In this document: piece after piece, positions 28,890-38,109 of the stretch
How positions within the stretch are numbered: the first letter of the stretch is position 1
How the letters are laid out: each line of letters begins with the position of its first letter
Assembly: GCA_032110825.1 (NCBI GenBank)
Contig: JAULVY010000089.1
Location: forward strand, 140 to 64,139
From: Chitinophagaceae bacterium
GTDB taxonomy: Bacteria > Bacteroidota > Bacteroidia > Chitinophagales > Chitinophagaceae
DNA length: 64,000 bases
Direction of reading: 5' to 3'
Program-made: the position numbers and the translations under genes
Notes under the pieces: model-generated
Databases searched by the model: none
What the model was told of the DNA's origin: nothing
The model's input: only the letters and a program-made list of their open reading frames with translations

Positions 28890-30662
28890 ATGCAACATCG
28901 ATCGGACGCAAAAAGATTCTTCCGTGAAATAAGAAGTATGACTACCGAAATACTTTCGGTTGATATGCCTGTTTCTATTGGTGTAATATTATCTAAACTA
29001 ATTGTTTCGATTCTACCCCTATCCATCCTGTGGTTGATAAAAACACTGGTTGATAAAATCAGTAGTCTCCAAATTGATTTTTACGAACTTCTATTCTACA
29101 TTATTCTTTTCTGTATTATCCAAATCGCCATCTTGGTAATGCAACAAGTCAGTTCATTTTGGGAATCTAGATTGCAAAACAAAACCCTAGACTATTTTTC
29201 AAATCGTATCATTGAAAAATCAGTTTCGATTGATTATACCTATTTTGAAAATCCTGCATTTCAGAATACATTGTTTTTGGCTCAAAATCAAGCTCGTTTT
29301 AGAATCAATCAATTGCTACCTGCCATTTATGGGAGCTTTGGCAATGGCATTTCTCTCATCTTCATCATTGCCTTTTTCATTGGAATCAAAGCTTACTTTT
29401 TTTTATTGATACTCATTCTTGCATTACCCATAACGCTTCAAAAATGGTACGAAGGAAAAAAAATGAATGACCTTGACTTTACATTATCCAGCAAGGAAAG
29501 AGAAAGCAATTACATCTTCCAATCTCTTACCGGATTGCAGTCAGCAAAAGAAGTGAGGCTGTATAATTTTGAAAAATCATTTCAAAACAAATACAACCAG
29601 ATTCGGACATTGATTGTAGGAGAAAAAATGAAAATTCAAAAAAGCTCAATTAAAAAAAACACAGTCATCGGTGTATTAGAAATTTTATTTGCCGGCGGCT
29701 TATTTGCTTATTTGGGTTATGATGTTTTGAGAGGCAGTATAAGTTTGGGTTTATTTATATTGTACCTACAGGGTACTCAACGCCTACAAACAATTTCAAA
29801 AGGCTTTTTCCAGTCCCTTTTGCAACTCTTTCAATTACGACTTTTTGTTAAGGATTTACATGCATTCCTAAATTTGAGTGAAAACAAAAACATAAATCCG
29901 AGTATACAAGAATTAGAAATTAACTCTTTATCTATTCGCAATCTTTCATTTCGCTATCCAGGTAATACCATACACACTCTAGAAAACATAAATTTAAATG
30001 CCCAAAAAGGTAAAATTATCGCTTTAGTCGGCGAAAATGGATCGGGCAAATCTACGCTTGTGAAATTACTCGCTGGCTTATATAACCCGGCCCCAGATTC
30101 AATCTTTGTTAATAACAATGATCTACTTTCCGTCCCCAAACCAGTTTGGTATAGGCAATCGGCTGTTTTATTTCAAGATTTTGAAAAGTATTTTTTTGAA
30201 GTGGACAAAAACATTCATTTTGACTTGAATGAAAGCAACAATTTAAGAAAGGAAAGTATTGCCGCAGCCTCACAATCCTTGGCCCACGAATTTATCCTGA
30301 ATTTGAGTAAACAATACGATACCCGTTTGGGAAATTTATACGAAGGTTCTGAACAGTTGAGCGGAGGACAGTGGCAAAAACTGGCTTTAGCTAGAATATT
30401 TTTTAAAGATCGGCCGGTTGTAATCTTAGATGAACCCAGTAGTGCTTTAGATGCATTTGCAGAGTTATCTCTTTATGAAAATATCAAGAATAGTTTTAGC
30501 AATAAGATCGTCATTATCGTTTCGCATCGATTGTACAACCTAAAAATAGCTGACTACATCTATGTGCTGTCGCATGGAAAAATTGCAGAAGAAGGAAATT
30601 TTAATGATTTGATTCAGCAAAACGGATTATTTTATTCGATGTACGAAAAACAAAAAATCTAA
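28890..30662 (+). CDS. ABC exporter (TMD+NBD), lasso D protein
   Basis: N-terminal TM helices, GENGSGKST, LSGGQWQKLALAR, ILDEPSSALD and VSHRL. Confidence 0.9.
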   Translation: MQHRSDAKRFFREIRSMTTEILSVDMPVSIGVILSKLIVSILPLSILWLIKTLVDKISSLQIDFYELLFYIILFCIIQIAILVMQQVSSFWESRLQNKTLDYFSNRIIEKSVSIDYTYFENPAFQNTLFLAQNQARFRINQLLPAIYGSFGNGISLIFIIAFFIGIKAYFFLLILILALPITLQKWYEGKKMNDLDFTLSSKERESNYIFQSLTGLQSAKEVRLYNFEKSFQNKYNQIRTLIVGEKMKIQKSSIKKNTVIGVLEILFAGGLFAYLGYDVLRGSISLGLFILYLQGTQRLQTISKGFFQSLLQLFQLRLFVKDLHAFLNLSENKNINPSIQELEINSLSIRNLSFRYPGNTIHTLENINLNAQKGKIIALVGENGSGKSTLVKLLAGLYNPAPDSIFVNNNDLLSVPKPVWYRQSAVLFQDFEKYFFEVDKNIHFDLNESNNLRKESIAAASQSLAHEFILNLSKQYDTRLGNLYEGSEQLSGGQWQKLALARIFFKDRPVVILDEPSSALDAFAELSLYENIKNSFSNKIVIIVSHRLYNLKIADYIYVLSHGKIAEEGNFNDLIQQNGLFYSMYEKQKI

Positions 30663-31762
30663 TTGCTTTTTATCCTTCGGAATACCCAAACAAATGGCTT
30701 GAGAGGGATGTAGAGAAAAAACAATGTATCCGGCAGAGGAATGATTTTCCAATCCAACGGAGATATCATGTATTTCAATAAAAGTCGAATATTCATTATT
30801 TGTTTAGATAAACTAAAAAGATACTGAAAGTGTTTCCATCGATTTGAATCATTGGCATTAAAACCATTCTCGTCGCTCATTAACGTAAAAATATAGTCTA
30901 ACTTTCTTCTGTGTAAAGTATTGTCATTAAGATATTGAAAGCCTATTGGCAATGGTTGAGAAAAAATAGCAAGTAAGACTTTTAAAGAAATTTCAAGATG
31001 TTCCAAACATTCTAATTCAATTGCCCTCTGCCGAACAGAAGTCCAGTTTAAAGTTGATTGTCGAATAATCATGAATAAATCGACCAACCACTTTAATCTA
31101 AACCACCCATGCTCGGTTCCATGTACTGATAAATACAATAGCAATTCTACCTCATCAAGCGAACGAACATCCTTTAGATTAAACCCTCCCAGTGCTCCCC
31201 TCCATTTCCAATGCAATTCTACAATTGCTGGAGATGTTGTGCCGTCCCCAAAAAAAGGCATGTCGTGATTCACGTAATGTAAAAATCTCTTCTGTGTAGG
31301 AGTATACAATTCATAGTCTTTCTCCCTTTTTAAGCCAAAATCAACCAACAAATCTGATACTAGTTCAATATCTCCCTCCGAAACCAATAGATCAACATCC
31401 AAAACATGCCGCAAAGCTAAATCAGTGTAATAACGTTCTGACAAAGACACCCCTTTCAAAAAAACATGTTTGATTTTTCTTTCATTTAGGCGTTGTCCAA
31501 ACTGCAATTGAAATCGCTTAGCGATTAAAGCTGTTTTTTGATTTTGCAGTACTTCCTGCGTCCATTTCAAATGAAATGATTCACTGAACTGCTTTGAATC
31601 TGAAAGTTTAGAATACACAAGAGAACCTACTCGATGCCTATGCATCAAATTACTTAAGTTGGTTTCATCGATTTGCGAATCAACTTCAGAAAGTTTAGTC
31701 GAACTGCATTGAATTGTTTCAAGAATGAGTTTAAATTCGGGTGATGCCAATGCTGAATACAT
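30659..31762 (-). CDS. Nucleotidyltransferase family protein (NTP_transf_5; PadeN/PsmN-like)
   Basis: FLKGVSL...YY...RHVLDVDLLV, VELHW, and HGTEHGWFRLKWLVD. Confidence 0.85.
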   Translation of the reverse strand: MYSALASPEFKLILETIQCSSTKLSEVDSQIDETNLSNLMHRHRVGSLVYSKLSDSKQFSESFHLKWTQEVLQNQKTALIAKRFQLQFGQRLNERKIKHVFLKGVSLSERYYTDLALRHVLDVDLLVSEGDIELVSDLLVDFGLKREKDYELYTPTQKRFLHYVNHDMPFFGDGTTSPAIVELHWKWRGALGGFNLKDVRSLDEVELLLYLSVHGTEHGWFRLKWLVDLFMIIRQSTLNWTSVRQRAIELECLEHLEISLKVLLAIFSQPLPIGFQYLNDNTLHRRKLDYIFTLMSDENGFNANDSNRWKHFQYLFSLSKQIMNIRLLLKYMISPLDWKIIPLPDTLFFLYIPLKPFVWVFRRIKSN

Positions 31763-31771
31763 AAGAATTCA

Positions 31772-34700
31772 TTATCGCATCAGGTACATTTTCCCATAAC
31801 CGCTTTTGAAATAGCTATCGGTATTGTAACTGCCTGCTCGCAATTTATCAATTTGCTTTCCGTTAATATTGGCCATCACTCGATACAGATAAACACCATT
31901 GCCTACTGGCTGTCCATATTGATCTCTGCCGTCCCATTTGTACTCAGTTATGTTATTGCCAATACGAATCGGACCAAGTTCCTCCTTTGTTATTTCTCGG
32001 ATAATCTTACCGGTAACGGTGAGAATTTGAATCCTAAAATGTGTGGGGAGTTCAGAGCCTGTAAGTGTAAATACAAAAGCAGTTGAAGTTGTAAAGGGAT
32101 TTGGATAATTCAGAAGATTGGTGATCATGGACTTGGTGTACACCTGAAACAGGACACTATAAACAATAGCCCCAGACAAATTTCCACTTCTGTCTTTTGC
32201 TGTAACAATCAGTTCATACTCTCCGTCTTCTGTCAAAAAGGGTTTAAACAATATCGAAGCCTCGTTATTATTGCCTCCAAGCGGATTGGTAGACGGATTA
32301 AATTGAAGGGTATCGTTATCAAATCGAATAGTTCGTAATGAGCCATCCGGATAACGTAGCTGGACTTTAAATAAACTAGTATCATTTAGTGCTAGATACT
32401 TAGAATCATCTTTAAGTTTAATTAAAATCGTTGGCTTGGGACTAACGATGTCCTTATTCAAAATATGAACGCCATCAAACGTTACATCCAAGTTAGGTGC
32501 GTAGGTATCGGCACGGACATGTACTACCTTGGTAAGGTAATTGTTAAAAAGATTTTGTTCAGGCTGATGATAATTGGGATTAAAATTGATGAAAATGGTG
32601 TTATCACCTGCCAGTGTTTTCGTGTCAACAGTAAAATCAATTAAAATCGTATCTCCCTTTATAATAGGCTTTCGCAATTCATTCAAAACAATCCGCGTAT
32701 TGTTTTTAGGATCTGTTAAGGTCATATAAACCATCACACTATCAAAAGGAAGATCGCTAATATTCTTAAATGCAATTGAAAACCGCATCGGCTCGCCTAT
32801 TTCTAAAGTATCTTTTACCATCGTTATGACTCCGGAAGTCAACGAGCCTTCAGGAACAGGACTATATTTCACTTGAAGGTATCTAGGTTGCCATGGGGAA
32901 TAGTTTAACGTGTCAGAACTCTCATGCTGTATTCTTAAAAATGGGAACTGTTGAGCATCAATAAAAGTCAAACTTGTATCCTTTATTAAGTCCTCACTTT
33001 GATAGAGCAAAGTTTCAACGGAAGAACCAGATAAACCAAAAACCTTATAAGCAATTTTATCTTTTGAATTTTTTTCTTGGGAAGAGCCCTTCCAATGGAT
33101 AGACCCCCAGGACTTAGCTGGCCCCACTAATTGATGACTGTTACGACCACTACTAATAATAGACTCATATGTTATTTCACTATTTAAAACATCAGTAGCA
33201 CTTTCACCTATTTTTTGATCTAACACCTTCCATTCCCCATTTGATAACTTCTCAGCGACAAATAAAAAGGGCACACTTTTCGTAAACGAATCAACAAGTG
33301 TAAAACCGATTGATTTTAGTCTATGATAAATAGAATTATTCGAGCCATAAATTAATGTATCCTGCTGCCATTTATCTATAAATTCTGGACTACTATTATA
33401 CGATAATGATGCCCAATTATTTAAGACAAGCAAAGTTCCGGATGGTACTTTATCTAAAAACTCCATTGCAAATTTACGATAGGAGCTTTGATTGTAGTAA
33501 TACCAAAATTGATACAGTTTTACAGGCCTACACTGATTAGGCATAATACTATTGTAAAGTGTGCCGCTGGTATTGTATGGATTTTCAATTGGACTTGCCT
33601 TGGCCATATCAATTAAAGTAAATTCAAATGAATTAACTGCATTGAAACAGCTACTTGAATAGAGTAGATCTAAATTATTAGCTACAGTATTAAACCCATA
33701 AGGGTGCAGCCTTGAAGTAACCCTTAGATTTTGAACTTCAGTATCAAATGCTAGGAATCGATTTGTATTATACTTTAAGTCTGTATATGTGTTTTTTAAA
33801 TACTGATAATAATGCGACTGATTCCAACCCGTAGAACTATTGCTTAGGTAAACAAAAGAAGAGGTAGATGACCATTGGACAGGCATGGATGAACTTGTTG
33901 TTGCACGTGCCACTCTCCAATAAAAAACGAGACTATCTCGTAATTGCAACGATGGACTAAACTCAATTAATCCACCTAAGCTGGTCTGGTTTTGGGTAAC
34001 CTTCAATGGTGAATTGAATAGCTCCGTTGTATCTACTTCCAATATAAAATTGGTTGGTGTTTGAAAAAACAAACTTGTAGAAGCTATCAGTTTAACCGAA
34101 TTGGTATTTACAATAGCAAACTGCTGTGGGCTAACTGGTCTAACATCGTCTTCAGAAATCGAAAATACTTTTGAAGCCGAGTTGTTGATGTTGGTTATTT
34201 CTTTTATCAAATCGCTTCCATCCAAACTCACCAAAATCTTATTTTGACCTTTATCATTTAACGGGTTTATCGGGACAGAAAACTCAATGGAGTCCACATT
34301 GAATAGTGGCTTACGAATTGCATCGTAAAGTACAACTACAGTTCCATCCGGCAACTCACGCTTGATCGTTACCCGCAATGAATCCCGTGTAGCCTTACCG
34401 ATATTGTAAAACTTGACTTTTAAATCAAAGTTGCTGTTGGTGATGTTCAATGGGTTCGGACTAACTCGAATCAATGGCTCTTCAATGGCATAATCTGGAA
34501 GTGGCTGAGGATAAAGTGAAACAGCAGGGTCACCACCAAGTAAGATTTGTTCAACAGTAATTTGATTAAAGAAATCAAAACTACCCCCTTGAGTTAAGAC
34601 ATCATTCAACGTATTAAGCTGGAGTTCACCAATATTAGACATATAATCCTGCTGTGAAATTCTCCTATACAAATTATACGTATACAGATTCAAATAATTA

Positions 34701-36844
34701 ACAATCCCAAAATGGGTACTGGCTAAAAAACCAATACTACCGCGCTTAGGAGTTAATACATAGTTTTCTGTTATCGATTTTTTCCCAGTGGTAGAACGTA
34801 ATGTGTCGTAAATGAAAAAGTTACCAGAGTTACAACCATTTGCCAAGAACAAAGGGTATTTACCGGGGTTCTCAAAAATAGTTGGGTCATCTAAGTTAAA
34901 TTCCATCGAGTTGGCAGATGAATGCCCGAAATAGGTAATCATCCCCATCCCTTCATTGAATAGAGAGGATAAAGCCCCTGAATTTACAAGGTCTATACCC
35001 GCAGAAGTAACTTTCTCAAAATTATATACTTTGGCCCCATATGAAGTATCTTTTACCAAATTACCAGCGGTATTCATATAGCCCAGGATGGTAGCTTGCA
35101 AAAACGGATCGCCACCTCCAATTACATGGGCAAAGTTTTTCATCCATGCCTTGTCCTGAACCGTTTGATTGGCTGAATTTAGTACGAGATTATGCTCTTT
35201 AACTTTTTCCAGATATGCCATCAACTCATCTCCTGTAGTTACTGAAATCCTCCCAATAGGAGTTTCGGGTGTAGGATCCAAAGAGGTTGATGCTAATATA
35301 TTATCTGAACCCGGATTGCCAAAAGTAGGTATCAGGTTTATCGATTCTGTTACTCCTCGGTTTTCATTGTATCGATATTGGTCGTATGTAATCCCTTTAC
35401 CAACCAAAAGAATATACTTTATAGGCAGTGAATATTTGGTCCGCACAAACTCTAAAAAGTTTTTAATAGACAGCGGGTGCTTTTTAATTCCAAAAGCAAA
35501 TTGATCCACCAATTCATCTATATCATAAATCCCAACCTTATAAGACCCACCTTCTACACTTGATCGGTAGGTTTGATAATTTTGCAAGGCATCACCAGAA
35601 GAACTTTTTCGAATACTATTATGCGAAATAATCAAATAATCGCCCTGAGCTGCCGCAAGTGAATAGTCAACAAATTTCTTTCGCTGAAGTCCGGATACAT
35701 TTTTAAACTGCGCGGGCGATGTTGCTAAAAGCACAAAATTTCTTTGTAAACCAGCAGGTAAGGCAAAGCGAAATTTTCCTGCAACAGTCATATCCGCCTG
35801 ATACCGCTTGTTGTTGGTAAGATCATACAAAACAGGTGCCGCACTGTTACTATTGAAATTGGTTATTTCTAAAAAATTACCTGCTGTTGTTGCTGGTAGC
35901 GAAAATTCAAAGACCTGTGATCCCCCAAAATCAAATTGCCGGGGATAGGTTAACTCGTATTTACCCAATGTTATGCGATCATTGGATACGTCTGAACCAT
36001 TGATTATTCTTATGGTATCTACTGTTCGTCCAATCTGAGATTTTGTAAACCCAAAACTCCGAATTAAAGAAACGAAATAATTCATTGGATTATCAAAAAC
36101 AAAATTCCCGTTAATCATTACCTGCAGTCTTCTGGGATTTTGAGCATTACCAAAAGCTGTTATTCTAAAACTAGGGTCAGGGCCTAGGGGTGAAACTTTT
36201 AAATCACTGTATTGCTCAACCAAAGGATTTGATGGGTTGATATTTCTGCTGCTCCAGCCTTCTCCATTATCGTAACTAGATGAATACACATATACACCCA
36301 CTACGGCAGCCAGACCTGGATTGATCTGATCTTTAAAATTTCTAGAAAGGGTGTGCATGAAATAAGGCTCAACAGGAAGTGTATTTGAGCTAACGTTGTT
36401 TGCCGAAGCTGTAATTCGTGCATTGGGATTAGCCGAATTTACGGTAAGAAAATATGCAGCAGTATCCGTTTGCAAACTGAATTTATCGGAAAGTTGATGA
36501 GCTGGTACTTTATAAAGAGCTGCATCCACTTTTCCATCGTTCATTTTTCCATAAAACTCCAAATAATCTGCTGAACCCAATTGTCCGGATGAAACACTGG
36601 TATACAATGGAACTTCTACTCCGTTTCTCCACAATTGAAAATACTCGGCATTGGTTGTAGATAATCCCGCAGCTTGTAGCGTTAACATGGGAATACGATA
36701 CAATCCGTCTTCCCCTACTTTAAATTTATAATAGGTCTTGCTATAATCAATCCATGCGTTATTGAATTGAGCTTGCAACTGTGTTATACTGAACAGAAGA
36801 ACTGCCAGACCTAGAAAAAATTTATATGCTACTCCTCTAGTCAT
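31772..36844 (-). CDS. Large C25 (gingipain/PorU-like) cysteine peptidase with T9SS C-terminal domain
   Basis: Signal peptide; YFGHSS (His) and ANGCNSG (Cys) dyad; C-terminal NYPNPF...WDGRD...GVYLYR domain; coupled to porV. Confidence 0.85.
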   Translation of the reverse strand: MTRGVAYKFFLGLAVLLFSITQLQAQFNNAWIDYSKTYYKFKVGEDGLYRIPMLTLQAAGLSTTNAEYFQLWRNGVEVPLYTSVSSGQLGSADYLEFYGKMNDGKVDAALYKVPAHQLSDKFSLQTDTAAYFLTVNSANPNARITASANNVSSNTLPVEPYFMHTLSRNFKDQINPGLAAVVGVYVYSSSYDNGEGWSSRNINPSNPLVEQYSDLKVSPLGPDPSFRITAFGNAQNPRRLQVMINGNFVFDNPMNYFVSLIRSFGFTKSQIGRTVDTIRIINGSDVSNDRITLGKYELTYPRQFDFGGSQVFEFSLPATTAGNFLEITNFNSNSAAPVLYDLTNNKRYQADMTVAGKFRFALPAGLQRNFVLLATSPAQFKNVSGLQRKKFVDYSLAAAQGDYLIISHNSIRKSSSGDALQNYQTYRSSVEGGSYKVGIYDIDELVDQFAFGIKKHPLSIKNFLEFVRTKYSLPIKYILLVGKGITYDQYRYNENRGVTESINLIPTFGNPGSDNILASTSLDPTPETPIGRISVTTGDELMAYLEKVKEHNLVLNSANQTVQDKAWMKNFAHVIGGGDPFLQATILGYMNTAGNLVKDTSYGAKVYNFEKVTSAGIDLVNSGALSSLFNEGMGMITYFGHSSANSMEFNLDDPTIFENPGKYPLFLANGCNSGNFFIYDTLRSTTGKKSITENYVLTPKRGSIGFLASTHFGIVNYLNLYTYNLYRRISQQDYMSNIGELQLNTLNDVLTQGGSFDFFNQITVEQILLGGDPAVSLYPQPLPDYAIEEPLIRVSPNPLNITNSNFDLKVKFYNIGKATRDSLRVTIKRELPDGTVVVLYDAIRKPLFNVDSIEFSVPINPLNDKGQNKILVSLDGSDLIKEITNINNSASKVFSISEDDVRPVSPQQFAIVNTNSVKLIASTSLFFQTPTNFILEVDTTELFNSPLKVTQNQTSLGGLIEFSPSLQLRDSLVFYWRVARATTSSSMPVQWSSTSSFVYLSNSSTGWNQSHYYQYLKNTYTDLKYNTNRFLAFDTEVQNLRVTSRLHPYGFNTVANNLDLLYSSSCFNAVNSFEFTLIDMAKASPIENPYNTSGTLYNSIMPNQCRPVKLYQFWYYYNQSSYRKFAMEFLDKVPSGTLLVLNNWASLSYNSSPEFIDKWQQDTLIYGSNNSIYHRLKSIGFTLVDSFTKSVPFLFVAEKLSNGEWKVLDQKIGESATDVLNSEITYESIISSGRNSHQLVGPAKSWGSIHWKGSSQEKNSKDKIAYKVFGLSGSSVETLLYQSEDLIKDTSLTFIDAQQFPFLRIQHESSDTLNYSPWQPRYLQVKYSPVPEGSLTSGVITMVKDTLEIGEPMRFSIAFKNISDLPFDSVMVYMTLTDPKNNTRIVLNELRKPIIKGDTILIDFTVDTKTLAGDNTIFINFNPNYHQPEQNLFNNYLTKVVHVRADTYAPNLDVTFDGVHILNKDIVSPKPTILIKLKDDSKYLALNDTSLFKVQLRYPDGSLRTIRFDNDTLQFNPSTNPLGGNNNEASILFKPFLTEDGEYELIVTAKDRSGNLSGAIVYSVLFQVYTKSMITNLLNYPNPFTTSTAFVFTLTGSELPTHFRIQILTVTGKIIREITKEELGPIRIGNNITEYKWDGRDQYGQPVGNGVYLYRVMANINGKQIDKLRAGSYNTDSYFKSGYGKMYLMR

Positions 36845-37977
36845 TAATATGCAAATTCATTTTTAGGGAACACAAATTTCAGAGAAAATAAATGCGTATA
36901 CAAAGGATTTGATTGGTTAGCCAAATTGGTAAAGGCATAATCAATTTCAACATTCTTCACTTTAAAACCTACTCCCATTCCAGGTTGATATATCCAAACT
37001 TTTTGTTGGTTCGTTACATCACCATCTTTCAAGCCTCGTTGAAAATTATAGATCCCTGCCCGACCAAATACCGATTTCTTATACCCAAATTCAATCCCTA
37101 ATTTAGGATCCATATTTACCAAGGATGAACTCAACAGAACATTTCTTCGACCATCAAAGGTAAGATCGAAGTTCATTTCAGCCATAAAATGTGTAGTTAG
37201 CGATATATCAGTATAATAAAACCCTCCCAACGTCAATCGAGGTGCCGTTAATTCAATGGAACGAATCGGTATATCATTTTGTGCTAAATAGAGAGCCTCT
37301 TTTTCTTTCTCTGTAAATCTAAAATTCCATGCATTAAAGGTAGTAGTGACATCTTTAGCAACAACTCCTACCCCAAATTTTTTAGTCCGGTATTGCAACC
37401 CTGCATCCAAACCAAATCCCCAAGCTTTGGCAAAACTCCCCACGCTTCGATGGATGATTTTTGCATTGGTTCCAAAAGAAAAGGTTTTTTCATCATCACC
37501 ATAAATTACTTGAGCATACGAGAGCAAGAGCGCGTAGTCGGCCGAAGAAAAAGATTTGATGTTGTTGTAATTGATGGTGCCATCGGGTTCTACTAAAAAA
37601 AGCGTATTGGGTATATCATCAACTGCAAATCGCATAAGAGATACCCCCAGGGTTCTTGTTACGTATTTTGGATCTCCGATAGGAAGTGCTACTGCAGCAA
37701 AATCATATTTCCCAATTCCTGCGAAGTATTCGGCATGCATGAGAGAACCTGTAGAAAAATCTTTGACTTCGGTTAATCCAGCTGGATTCCAATAACCGGA
37801 TGTAGCATCTCCGGTACCAGCTACCTGAGCACCACCTAAGGACAAACCCTTGGCACCTGCACCAATATTCAGGAATTCATTGGAATACTTCCTGAACTGG
37901 GCATTAGCCTCCACAAAAGCCATTCCCAAAAATAAAATGGCCAGAAGCCTGATTCTATTTTTCATCTGATTTGACAA
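36844..37977 (-). CDS. porV: PorV/PorQ-family outer-membrane beta-barrel (T9SS shuttle-like)
   Basis: KYSNEFLNIGAGAKGLSLG, YWNPAGL and IDYAFT motifs. Confidence 0.75.
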   Translation of the reverse strand: MSNQMKNRIRLLAILFLGMAFVEANAQFRKYSNEFLNIGAGAKGLSLGGAQVAGTGDATSGYWNPAGLTEVKDFSTGSLMHAEYFAGIGKYDFAAVALPIGDPKYVTRTLGVSLMRFAVDDIPNTLFLVEPDGTINYNNIKSFSSADYALLLSYAQVIYGDDEKTFSFGTNAKIIHRSVGSFAKAWGFGLDAGLQYRTKKFGVGVVAKDVTTTFNAWNFRFTEKEKEALYLAQNDIPIRSIELTAPRLTLGGFYYTDISLTTHFMAEMNFDLTFDGRRNVLLSSSLVNMDPKLGIEFGYKKSVFGRAGIYNFQRGLKDGDVTNQQKVWIYQPGMGVGFKVKNVEIDYAFTNLANQSNPLYTHLFSLKFVFPKNEFAY

Positions 37978-38109
37978 AGTTAGGCTCGGGTTCTGTTAAA
38001 ATTGTATAAAATGCATGAATTCAACGAGTAATAACGATTTTTAGCCCCTTTGTATTGCCCCAGTTGGGCAGGAATGGTTTCTACGTTACTTTTGTCCAAA
38101 TATCTAGCA

